Positions 50,804 to 60,696 of a stretch of 64,000 nt of DNA are shown here, piece by piece. The notes below the pieces were generated by a model that was not told the origin of the DNA, searched no databases, and was given only the letters and a program-made list of their open reading frames with translations. The position numbers and the translations under genes were made by a program. Every line of letters begins with the position of its first letter. Position 1 is the first letter of the stretch. This DNA comes from an uncultured delta proteobacterium (GTDB taxonomy: Bacteria; Myxococcota; Myxococcia; Myxococcales; Myxococcaceae): the NCBI GenBank assembly GCA_963771175.1, contig CAVYSY010000031.1, positions 223,437-287,436 on the forward strand, given 5' to 3'.

Positions 50804-51632
50804 CTACTCCGGCAGTGGCCCGCGCATCTCCAGCGTCTCCAGCACCAGCCGCGCTCCCGCCGCGCGCAGCAGCGCCTGCAGGGGCTCGTCTCCCGTCACC
50901 AGCCGCAGCTCCCGCGCGCTCCCCACCTCGAGGAAGGCCGCCTCCAGCAGGGCGCGCGCATGCGCGGGCGTGGCCGCGACGAGGGGGAACAGCAGGCCCT
51001 GGCTGGGGCCGCAGGTCCATCATCCCCAGCCGTCCCACGTCCGGCTGCTCCGGGTGCGCCAGGCGACGCAGCCGGTGCATGGACTGCGTGGCGTAGCTGG
51101 CCAGCTTCCCGGGCACCAGCCCGAAGGCCTCCGTGAACGGGGCGAAGTCCGCCTCGACCATCGGCACCACCTCGAGCTCCTCGGGGGCCAGCGGCAGGGT
51201 CGCCACGTGCTCGCGCGTCACGCACCATGTGCGCTCCAGCTTCCTCGGCTTCATCCCCAGCGAGGAGTACAGCGCCACCGCTGGCGCGTTGTCCGGCTTC
51301 ACGTATAGCCGCCACTGGCGACAGCCCCGCGCCCGCAGGAGCTCCGCGAGCCGCTCCATCACGAACCGCCCCAGGCCCAGCCCCCGCTGGCCTGGCGCCA
51401 CCACCACGGTCGACACATGGCCGGTGTCCCCCATCACGTCGATGAGGCCGAGCGCACGCGGACCCTCGGGCCCATCCACGAAGTACGAGTGCTTCACCAT
51501 GCCCGAGGCCCACACGTCCAGCGGAGGCGGTGGCTCCTCCAGGCCCAGCTCCCCGAAGAGCCGAACGAAGTCCGCGTGGTCCTCCACCCGCCCCGGCCGT
51601 AGCTGCCACGTCGCGCCGTGTGCGCCCCGCAT
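50804..51632 (-). CDS. GNAT-family acetyltransferase, one frameshift near 51000
   Basis: VVVAPGQRGLGLG acetyl-CoA motif, LYVKPDNAPAVALYSSLG. Confidence 0.85.
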
Positions 51633-51686
51633 GTCGAAAGCCCCCTCCTCCGCGCCACGAAGCCGGGCGCGAATGGACAGAGCGTA

Positions 51687-51810
51687 TAAAAGAAGGCGGC
51701 CCGGCACCCTCAGGAAGGGGACCGGGCCGCAGGTTCTTCTCAAGAAGCCCACCGGAAGGGCTGAAGGGGTGGGGGGGAACCACTTCAGCCCTGCTTCGAC
51801 GTGCTCCGTG
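51687..51810 (-). ncRNA. pxr: Pxr-like sRNA, copy 1 (GNAT-proximal)
   Basis: GGGCUGAAG...CUUCAGCCC stem around a UUCCCCCCCACC loop; 3' GCGGCCCGG...CCGGGCCGC terminator with U run; sigma54 promoter upstream. 5' end estimated from promoter spacing; Pxr identity from recalled synteny. Confidence 0.8.
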
Positions 51811-51820
51811 TCTACTCTTT

Positions 51821-51836
51821 AGCACTTGCCATGCCA
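51821..51836 (-). promoter_or_regulatory. sigma54 -24/-12 promoter, copy 1
   Basis: TGGCATGGCAAGTGCT (GG-N10-GC) on the minus strand. Confidence 0.8.
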
Positions 51837-51911
51837 GCCCCAACGGCTCGTGTTTTCAGGTACTTGGCGCCAGGGGCGCTCCAGAAACCCCGCTCGGCTT
51901 TCAGCCCTGCA

Positions 51912-51944
51912 TTGCAGCCCTGAAATCGCCTTGCAGATGTGAAA
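51912..51944. promoter_or_regulatory. Paired enhancer-like sites, copy 1
   Basis: TTGCAGCCCTGAAA and TTGCAGATGTGAAA, 19 bp apart, about 80-110 bp upstream of the -24 element. Confidence 0.65.
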
Positions 51945-51977
51945 GGCACCGAGGAAGGAGCCTGAGGCGGAGGCCTG

Positions 51978-52102
51978 AAAAGAAGGCGGCCCGGTACCCT
52001 CAGGAAGGGGACCGGGCCGCGGGTTCTTCTCAAGAAGCTCACCGGAAGGGCTGAAGGGGTGGGGGGGAACCTCCTTCAACCTTGCTTCGACGTGCTCCGT
52101 AC
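51978..52102 (-). ncRNA. pxr: Pxr-like sRNA, copy 2
   Basis: Same architecture as copy 1; first stem arm is AGGUUGAAGG (G-U wobble), C7 loop and terminator retained. Confidence 0.78.
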
Positions 52103-52112
52103 CCTCTGGCTT

Positions 52113-52128
52113 AGCACTCACCGTGCCA
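52113..52128 (-). promoter_or_regulatory. sigma54 -24/-12 promoter, copy 2
   Basis: TGGCACGGTGAGTGCT. Confidence 0.82.
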
Positions 52129-52269
52129 GCCCCGACGGCTCGTGTTTTCAGGCACTTGACACCAGGGGCGCTCCGGAAACCCCGCTCGGCTTTCAGCCCT
52201 GCATTGCAGCCCTGAAATCGCCTTGCAGATGTGAAAGGCACCGGGGAAGGAGCCTGAGGCGGAGGCCTG

Positions 52270-52393
52270 AAAAGAAGGCGGCCCGGTACCCTCAGGAAGG
52301 GGACCGGGCCGCGGGTTCTTCTCAAGAAGCTCACCGGAAGGGCTGAAGGGGTGGGGGGGAACCACTTCAGCCTTGCTTCGACGTGCTCCGTAC
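52270..52393 (-). ncRNA. pxr: Pxr-like sRNA, copy 3
   Basis: Same stem, C7 loop and terminator architecture. Confidence 0.78.
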
Positions 52394-52403
52394 CCTCTGG
52401 CTT

Positions 52404-52419
52404 AGCACTCACCGTGCCA
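52404..52419 (-). promoter_or_regulatory. sigma54 -24/-12 promoter, copy 3
   Basis: TGGCACGGTGAGTGCT. Confidence 0.82.
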
Positions 52420-52566
52420 GCCCCGACGGCTCGTGTTTTCAGGCACTTGGCGCCAGGGGCGCTCCGGAAACCCCGCTCAACTTTCAGCCCTGCATTGCAG
52501 CCCTGAAATCGCCTTGCAGATCTGCAAAGCCGCCTGGCCAGCTCCATGTCCGCGAGCAGGAGCCCG

Positions 52567-52691
52567 AAAAGAAGGTGGCCCGGCCCCCTCAGAAAGGGGA
52601 CCGGGCCACGGGTTCTTCTCAAGGAAGCGCATCGGAAGAGCGAAGTGGTGGGGGGGAACCGCCTTCAGCCCTGCTTCGATGTGCTCCGTGC
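52567..52691 (-). ncRNA. pxr: Pxr-like sRNA, copy 4 (activator-proximal, diverged)
   Basis: C7 loop retained; terminator stem has a compensatory change (GUGGCCCGG/CCGGGCCAC); 3' arm of stem 1 is altered. Confidence 0.7.
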
Positions 52692-52701
52692 CCTAGGGAT
52701 T

Positions 52702-52717
52702 AGCATTCGCCATGCCA
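52702..52717 (-). promoter_or_regulatory. sigma54 -24/-12 promoter, copy 4
   Basis: TGGCATGGCGAATGCT. Confidence 0.8.
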
Positions 52718-52794
52718 GCTCCCCAAGAATCTCAGAACCCAGTAACTTCAAGTACTTAGCAGTTCAAATGGCCTCGCGAGGCCCCTTCCCCGCA

Positions 52795-52827
52795 TTGCAA
52801 CCCTGAAATCCCTTTGCAGATTTGAAA
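52795..52827. promoter_or_regulatory. Paired enhancer-like sites, copy 4
   Basis: TTGCAACCCTGAAA and TTGCAGATTTGAAA, conserved although the surrounding sequence has diverged. Confidence 0.65.
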
Positions 52828-52921
52828 ATCCGCAATGATTTCAAATGCTTCTGTTTTTCACGGCTGACGGGGCATTGCACATCCGCCCGGGTGTGAGCTG
52901 GGGGACAACTCCCGTACAGCC

Positions 52922-54360
52922 TCACTCCCGGTGATCGCCCCCGAGCGGACGGAGGTTGAGGCGCTTCATCTTCCGCCACAGCGTGGTGGAGGAGACGGCC
53001 AGCTCCTCGGCGACGCGGCCCAGGTCCATTCCGTGCCGCTCCAGGGATTGGGCAATCGCCCGCCGTTCGGCATCCTCCACCGACTCGGCCAGCGTGGGCA
53101 CCCGGGTGGAGGAGTCCGTGGGCGCGAGAGCGGGCGAGGCCTCCGCGGGGCCATTGGCCGCCATGCCCGTACTGGGGCGCACGGGGAAGTCCTCGGGCAG
53201 CAGCTCCTCCCCCTCGGACAGCGCCGCCGCCTGCTCCACCAGGTTCTCCAGCTCGCGCACGTTGCCGGGGAAGCTGTAGCCCATCAGGTGGTCCACCGCC
53301 GCCTGCGACAGACGCTTGGGCTTGGGGCTGCGGGCATTGGCGCGCTTGAGGAAGTGCTCGGCGAGCGCGGGCACGTCCTCCAGGCGCTCGCGCAGCGGCG
53401 GCACGCGCAGCGTCACCACGTTGAGCCGGTAGTAGAGGTCCTGCCGGAAGCGCTTCTCGCGCACCTCCACCTCGATGTCGCGGTTGGTGGCGGCGACGAT
53501 GCGCACGTCCACCTTCACGGTGGTGGACTCGCCCACGCGCCGCACCTCGCCCTCCTGCAGGGTGCGCAGCAGCTTGGACTGGAAGGCGGGGGCCGTCTCC
53601 GTCACCTCGTCGATGAAGAGGGTGCCGCCGTCCGCCTCCTCGACGAGGCCGCGGCGGGCCCGCACCGCGCCGGTGAAGGCGCCCTTGGCGTGGCCGAACA
53701 GCTCGCTCTCCAGCAGCGTCTCGGTGATGGCGGCGCAGTTGACGGGGACGAAGGGCTTGTCCTTGCGCCGGCTGTGCGCGTGCAGCGCGCGGGCGACGAG
53801 CTCCTTGCCCGTGCCGCTCTCGCCCTGCACCAGCACCGTGGCGTCGCTCTGCGCCACGCGCTGCAGGCGCTGCGTCAGCTCCTGCATGGCCGGGCTGCGG
53901 CCCACCAGCGCGGAGAGGCCGTGGCGCTCGTTGAACTCGTCGGCGAACAGGCCCACCTGCGACAGCAGCCGGGCCCGCTCCAACGCCGCGATCCACCCGG
54001 TAGAGCAGCTCGCCTATCCTTGAAGGGCTTGGTGACGTAGTCGAACGCCCCCTGGCGCATGGCCACCACCGCGCTCTCGATGGTGCCGAAGGCCGTCATC
54101 ATGATGACCTGGAGGCGCGGGGCTACCTCGAGCGCCTTCTTGAGGAGCGTGAGCCCGTCCATGGGCTCCATCTTCAGGTCCGTCAGCATCAGGTCCACCT
54201 CACCGCCCGACAGCATGGCGAGCGCCTCCTCTCCGGTGGCGGCCTCCTGGACGTGGTAGCCCTCGATGCGCAGGAGGAGCGCGGTGGAGGTGCGCATGTT
54301 GCGCTGGTCGTCCACGACCAGGATGCGGCCACGAGTGGAAGAAGTCGATGCGTCGTTCAC
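52922..54360 (-). CDS. NtrC-family sigma54-dependent response regulator (PxrR/Nla19-like), frameshift near 54000
   Basis: Receiver ILVVDDQ...TDLKM; AAA+ [37 protein letters not shown] and [10 protein letters not shown]; Fis-type HTH. Confidence 0.93.
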
Positions 54361-56863
54361 GGCGGGCTCGTCGGCTGGGTGAAGGGAAGACGGAAGGTAA
54401 AGGTGGTGCCACGCCCCGGGGCGCTCTCCAGGGCCAACTCCCCGTGGTGTTCCTCGATGATGCGCTTGACCACGGCGAGTCCCAACCCGGTGCCCTGGGC
54501 CTTGGTGGTGAAGAAGGGCTCGAAGACGCGGTGGACGAGCTCGGAGGGGACGCCACAGCCCTGGTCCGCCACGTCGATGCGCAGCAGCTCCCGGTCGCCG
54601 TGCACCTCGCGCCGGGCCTTCACCTGCACCAACCCGCCCCGTGGCATGGACTGCAGGGCGTTGAGGAGCACGTTGACGAGCACCTGGCGGATGAGGCGCC
54701 GATCCAGCGGCACCGGGGGCAGCTCCGGCTCCACCTCGGTGGAGAGGATGACGCGACCATCGCCGCCCTGCCAGGCCCGCGCGGCCTCCACCGCGTCCTG
54801 CAGCAGGCGGGGGATGTCCTCGGCGTGCAGGATGGGCTCGCGCGGGCGGGTGAAGTCCAGCAGGTCGCCCACCATGCGGTTGAGCCGGTCGCTCTCCTCC
54901 GCGAGGATGTCCAGCAGCATGGCCGGGTCACCCTCGGGCTTGAGCATGCGGCGCAGCGAGGCCACCGCGTTGAAGATGACGCCCAGGGGGTTGCGCACCT
55001 CGTGGGCCACGATGGCCGACAGCTCGCCGAGCGCGGCCAGGCGCTCGCGCTTGACCATCTCCGCGCGCGCGGCGGCCAGCTCCGCGTAGGAGGCCCAGAG
55101 CGACTCGTAGAGGCGAGCGTTGGCGATGGCCAGGGAAATCTGTCCGCACGTGGCCTCGGCCAGCTCGATGAAGGAGGGACTGAAGACGCGCGGGCGGCGG
55201 GTGTCGTCCAGCAACACCACGCCGATGAGCTCCTCGCGAGAGGTGAGCGGCAGCGCCAGCAGGGCCTTCTCGTCGAAGCGGCGGACGAGCTCGCGCTGCT
55301 CCATGCCCTCGACCTTCGACAGGTCCGCCATGGCGATGGGCCGACGCTCGCGGGCCACGCGCGCGACGATGCTGCCGGGGTCATCCACCGGAATCACCAC
55401 GGAGCGGAAGAAGTCGCGGTGGGTGGCGGAGGCGGCGGAGCCGCGCAGGACACCGGCCTGCTCGTCGTGCAGGAGGATGAAGCAGTTGGAGACGTCCAGC
55501 AGCTTGACGAGGAAGTCCGAGGCCACGTCCAGGATGCTGGCCACATCCAGGGTGGCGGTGGTGGTGCGGGCCAGGTCCAGCAACAGGCGCGTGTCGGCGA
55601 GCTGCCGGGAGGACTCGGCGCGCAGGCGGCGCTGGTCGAGCAGCGTCATCAGCAGCTCGGACAGCGGGCCCAACAGCCGCAGGTCCGCCCCGTTGAAGGG
55701 GCGCCCCGGGGAACGCACCACCTGGAGGAGGCCCCAGGGATGGCCGCCCTGGGACAGGCGCATCGCCGCGCCACAGCCCAGGCGCCCGCCGGTGGCCCGC
55801 AGCAGCGCGACCTCCTCGGCCTCGGTGGAGAGCACCGCGCCCCGGGCCGCCGCCAGGGAGGGCCGCCAGGGGCGCGGCGAGCCCCGCGCTCAGGTCTCCG
55901 TCCAGGCCCACGTGGGCCGAGAGGACCAGCTCGCCCTCGGGTGATTCGGAGGTGTACAGCAGCACGGCCTCCGCGCCGAACAGCGTGGCCAGACGCGCGA
56001 GGAAGTCCTCGGGCGAGGGCGGCTCCGGTTGGGCCACGAAGCGCGCCGACTCGGCCACGGCCACCATCTCCCAGCGGCCCCGCTCCACATCCGCCAGCAG
56101 CCGCGCGTCGGTGAGGGCCGCCCCCACCACCTTGGCGAAGAGCGCCAGCACCGAGCCATACGAGGGCGACAGCCCCGAGCCCTCCACCCACAGCACCTCC
56201 GACACCGTGGTGCAGAGCGGCAGGTAGACGTGCGTGGAATCGTGGCCCGGCAGGGAGCCGAAGGCGGGCCGTCCCTCGGAGAGCGCCCGCAGGCCCAGCG
56301 CCGCGTCCTCCGGCGGCGGGGCCCCGTCTCGAGTCGTGAAGCCCTCGCCGTCTCGCCACAGGAAGCGCGCGGACAGGCCCACCTGGGTGAGGCCCGCGAG
56401 GGACACCCGCCGCACCGCCTCCTCCGAGCGCGCCGCGACGAGCTCCGCGGACGTCTCCACCAGTCGCTCGGCCGTCTCCAGTTCCGCCGGCCGCGCCCCC
56501 AGCACCAGGCAGTTGATGAGGAGCCCCCAGCCGCCCTCTTCCAGCTCCACCTCCTGCACGTGGACCGCCACCTCGCGCACGCCCCGGTTCGGAGTGGACG
56601 GCAGCAGGTAGCGCCGCGGGCCCGGCTCCTTCAGCGTGCCCTCCTCCCGCTGGCGGTGACGCGCCATCAGCCGCACCCGGTCCTCCGGGTGGACGAAGTC
56701 CCACATGAGGCGCCCTTCCACCTGCGCCCGGTCCAGCCCCAGCATGTCGAGGTAGGCCTCGTTCGCCGCCCACACCCGGCCCTCCCGGGCCACGTACATG
56801 GGGTTGCCGAAGGACTCGATGAGGGACCGCAGGGCGGCCTCGCTGTAACGCTTCTGTCGTCAT
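54357..56863 (-). CDS. PAS/GAF sensor histidine kinase (PxrK-like), frameshifted
   Basis: N-terminal PAS (WDFVHPEDR), GAF, H-box VAHEVRNPL, NVLLNALQ, FFTTKAQGTGLGL. Overlaps the selB stop and the regulator start. Confidence 0.88.
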
Positions 56864-58778
56864 GCGCGCCGCAGCACCCGCTTCTCTCCGACCCGGAGCG
56901 TCACCTTCTCCCGGTCGAAGTACTCCGAGAGAGGAATGACGAACTTCCGGCTCTGCCCCACCATCTCCTTGAAGGCCTGGGTGGAAATCTCCTTCTTCTC
57001 GCGCAGGTGGGCAACCAGCCGCTCCTTGAGCCCGGCCAGCGCACCCGCGTCGAAGAACAGCTCCTCGCTCACCCGCACCACCCGCCCCTCGGCCACCGCC
57101 GACCTTCAACAGCTCCTGCACGCGCGCCGCTGGCAGATGGAGCCGCTGTGCCAGCTCGTTGAGGGTGGGAGGCGCGAGGCCCGCGCCCAGGAGGTCTGCC
57201 ACCAGCCGTGCTCGCGCCGCCTCCTCGTCCAGGGTGAGCGTCCGGCCTCGCCCCTTGAGGCGCACCACCTCCTTCTCCACCTCCACCTTCCCCGCCTCCC
57301 CCAGCGCCTGCACCACCCGGGCGAAGGCGCGCGCATCCAGCTCGCCCGACAGGCGCTGGCGCAGCTCCTCGCGCGAGAGGCCCTCGCGCAGCGGCTCGCG
57401 CTCGTGGAAGGCGGCCAGCAGCGCCAGGGCGCGCGCCTGCAGTCCCTCGAACACCTCGCCCGAGAGGTACAGCCGCCGCTCGCGGTCCACCAGCAGCGCC
57501 GCGCCGCGCGAGCCCAGCAGCTCCAGCGCGCGGGAGAGCACCTTGGGCGCCAGCGCCGAGCGCGCGAAGAGCTCGGCCTGGGTGAGGCCACGGTAGCCCG
57601 CCTGCCGCAGCAGCCACGCCACCATGCCGTTGGCGTCCGCCTCCAGCAGCGGGGCCACCACCTCGGAGCCGCCCTTGCGCCGACGCGGCGGGGTGATGGA
57701 CAGCACGCGCCCACCGGCCAGCGTGGCGCCCCGGCCCGGCAGCGCGCGCGAGCCCCGGAGGATGAAGCGCTGGCCCGGCAGCGCGGCCATCGGCTCGGAG
57801 AGGCGGAGCTGCGCGAGCGCCGTCTCCCCCGGCTCCAGCTTCTCCAAATCCAGCAGCGCCACCGTGGCCTCCACCTGCGCGGTGCCCAGGTGCAGCAACA
57901 GCTTGCGGCGCTGGGGCAGCGCCACCTCGACCGCGGGCAGCAGGCTCAGCTCCACGTCCAGCATGTGCGTCTCGGGCACCTCGCCCGCCTTCACCAGCAC
58001 CATGCCGCGCGCGATGGCCTCGGGCTCCACGCCCGTCAGGTTCACCGCGGTGCGCTGGCCCGCCGACACCTTCTGCACCGCCTCGCCGTGCATCTGCAGC
58101 CCGCGCACGCGAAACGGGCCGGGCAGGCCCGGCAGCAGGGACACGGCGTCCTCCACCGCGAAGGTGCCGGACAGCAGCGTGCCCGTCACCACCGTGCCGA
58201 AGCCCTTGATGGTGAAGGCCCTATCCACCGGGAGGAACGCGGGGCCCTCCGAGGGACGCGTGGGCAGTCCCTTCGCGGCCCGGGTGAGCGCGGCGCGCAG
58301 CTCGTCCAGCCCCTCCCCCGTCTTCGAGGACACGGGCACCACCGGCGCGCCCTCCAGGAAGGTGCCGGCCACCAGCGCGCCCAGGTCCGCCTCCACCAGC
58401 GCGACGCCACTCCGCGCCCAGCTCCGCGAGCAGGTCCGACTTGGTGAGCGCGATGACGCCGGCCTTCACGCCGAGCAGCCGGCAGATGTCCAGGTGCTCG
58501 CGCGTCTGGGGCATCACGCCCTCGTCCGCCGCCACCACCAGCACCGCCAGGTCCACCCCGCCGGCGCCCGCCACCATCGCCTTGACGAAGCGCTCGTGCC
58601 CGGGCACGTCCACCACGCCCGCCACCGTGCCATCGTCCAACTGGAGGTGGGCGAAACCCAGCTCCAGGGTGATGCCCCGGCGCTTCTCCTCCTTCAGCCT
58701 GTCGGTGTCGATACCGGTGAGCGCCTTGACCAGTGACGTCTTGCCGTGATCGATGTGCCCCGCGGTACCGATGATCAT
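56860..58778 (-). CDS. selB: Selenocysteine-specific elongation factor, frameshifted
   Basis: [51 protein letters not shown]-terminal winged helix [13 protein letters not shown]. Confidence 0.95.
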
Positions 58779-58799
58779 CTCGCCCGGCTCTCCCCTCGG

Positions 58800-59468
58800 C
58801 TACGCCCCCGCTTTGTCCGGATCCACGTCGAAGCGGCCATCCTCGGTGACGGACTCGTAGTCCCACGGGAAGACGACGAGGGCATCGGTGGGCAGCGCGC
58901 AGAAGCCCGGGGCGAAGCCTCCGGGGCGAGCCACCAGGGCGGCGGTGTCCACTTCCTTGGCGCCCACCTTCTGCGCCAGGGCCGTGGCCAACTCCAGCGT
59001 GTCGCCGCTGGAGGCGACGTCGTCCACGATGAGCACGCGCTTGCCCTTGAGCTCGCGCGGCATCTCCCCGGTCAGCTTCGGATTGGTGGCGCCCTTGTCC
59101 CGGCTGCGGCGGCTGATGCGCACCGGGTAGAACTCACAGCCGAGCGCGCTGGAGAGCGCCCCGCCCACGAACACGCCCCCGTGCGCCACGCCCACCACGG
59201 CCTGGGGCTTGTAGGTCTTGCCGATGGTGACCGCGAGCGTCTGCACCGCGCGGTCGAACTCCGCCCAGGACAGCTCCTGGATGCGGGTCTTCTGTCGCGA
59301 TTGATCTCTCCCGGTGAGCTGGCGCGGCGCCTCCACCTGAGGCGCGAGAACCATGTCCGACGGGATGGAGACGAGCTTCTCCACCTGCTGCTTCTGGGAA
59401 GGCTTGCCCTTCGTGCCCTTGGGCGGTGCCTTGGGCGCCGCCTTGGACGTTGCCCGCTTGGTGGCCAC
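58800..59468 (-). CDS. Type I phosphoribosyltransferase (Gpt-like)
   Basis: VVGVAHGG, PRPP motif VLIVDDVASSGDT, VVFPWD. Confidence 0.85.
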   Translation of the reverse strand: MATKRATSKAAPKAPPKGTKGKPSQKQQVEKLVSIPSDMVLAPQVEAPRQLTGRDQSRQKTRIQELSWAEFDRAVQTLAVTIGKTYKPQAVVGVAHGGVFVGGALSSALGCEFYPVRISRRSRDKGATNPKLTGEMPRELKGKRVLIVDDVASSGDTLELATALAQKVGAKEVDTAALVARPGGFAPGFCALPTDALVVFPWDYESVTEDGRFDVDPDKAGA

Positions 59469-59561
59469 TGTGAGGACTCCGGGGAGTGAGGTGCCGTGCC
59501 GTCATACCCCGGAGGACAAAGCCCCGCCACTCCCGACCGAGCCCGCTCGTCTGCCCGTCGC

Positions 59562-60455
59562 TCAGCTCGAGGCCATCGCCGCCAACAGCTCGCGAATCTC
59601 ATCCCCGCTGACGACGTAGTGCGTCGTGCAGAAGTGACAGTCCGCCTCGGCCTGGCCTTCCTTGGCGAGGATGTCCTCCAGCTCCTCGCGCCCCATGGAC
59701 AGCAGGGCCCGCTTCACCCGGTCCTTGCTGCAGGAGCAGGTGTAGGCGACCGGATAGCGGGACATCACCTCCAGGTCCTGCTCGGGCACCAGCGCCTTGA
59801 GGAGGGCGGTCGCGCCCTGACGGGCGTGCACCCGCACGGTGCCCTCGAACTGCCCGGCGAGCCTGTTGCCGAGCGCCCGGAAGGCCTCCGGGTCTCCATT
59901 GGGCAGCGGCTGGAGGAGCATGCCCACCACGGTGCCCAGCGGCTCCTCGGTGCCGTCGGACTGCGTCGGCTGCACGGTGAGGTAGACGCGCGTGGGGACC
60001 TGGTCCGAGATGGAGAAGTAGCGCTCCAGGTCCTTCGCCAGGTCGAAGCTCTCCAACTCCACCGAGGAGCGGTAGTACTCGCCCCCGCCCAGGTCGCGCA
60101 GCACGGAGAGGAAGCCCTTGTTCCCGAGCGCCGGACGCCAGTGGTACTCGCCCTCGGTGCCCACGTGAGTCACCAGGGGATTCTTGCTGTAGCCGCGCAG
60201 CACGCCCGAGGCGTCGCCATCCACGAAGAGGCCCCGCAGGGGCCCGTCGCACTCGAGCTGCAGGTTCACGCGCGAGTCGCTCTTCTGCAGGGCGGAGAGC
60301 AGGGCGGCGGCGGTCAGGCCTTGCGCCAGCAGCGAGGCGGAGGCCGTGGCGGAGTGGTGCAGCTCACGCGCCCGGCGAGACAGTTCGCCCGCGGTGACGA
60401 GCACCACGCGCAGGTCGGTTTCTTTCAGAAGTCCACTGACGAGTTCATCGGCCAT
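59562..60455 (-). CDS. hslO: Hsp33 redox-regulated chaperone
   Basis: DGPLRGLFVD, YFSISDQVPT, zinc centre CSCS...CHFC. Confidence 0.92.
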   Translation of the reverse strand: MADELVSGLLKETDLRVVLVTAGELSRRARELHHSATASASLLAQGLTAAALLSALQKSDSRVNLQLECDGPLRGLFVDGDASGVLRGYSKNPLVTHVGTEGEYHWRPALGNKGFLSVLRDLGGGEYYRSSVELESFDLAKDLERYFSISDQVPTRVYLTVQPTQSDGTEEPLGTVVGMLLQPLPNGDPEAFRALGNRLAGQFEGTVRVHARQGATALLKALVPEQDLEVMSRYPVAYTCSCSKDRVKRALLSMGREELEDILAKEGQAEADCHFCTTHYVVSGDEIRELLAAMASS

Positions 60456-60696
60456 AGAAGATGGGACTAGCGTGCCCACCCGCGAGCCGCTCGCCAATGC
60501 CGGAAATGATTCCCCTGCCCGGGGGGCGGCCAGCGGGGCATCCTGGAGCCATCACCCGGGCTGATACCTCCGTGCGTCCCGACGCCATGGGCTGATGGCA
60601 GAAAATCCTATCCGCTTGGCGGGACGGGCTATAACGCCCTGTCCGTCCGTCTGTCACTCGACGCGGCCCCCAATCCGCGCGATGTCCGGAGTACCG

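Larger units (their letters stand above)
51687..52830 (-). repeat. Tandem array of four ~290-297-bp units, each a complete sRNA transcription unit
   Basis: agaagg(c/t)ggcccgg starts at 51691, 51981, 52273 and 52570. Units 1-3 are near-identical; unit 4 is diverged. Confidence 0.95.

Noticed and set aside
51687..52830. CRISPR array or repeat-protein ORFs (e.g. 51819-52622)
   Set aside because: Units are ~290 bp with no unique spacers and no cas genes nearby. Periods of 290 and 292 are not multiples of three, and the ORFs are low-complexity shadows.
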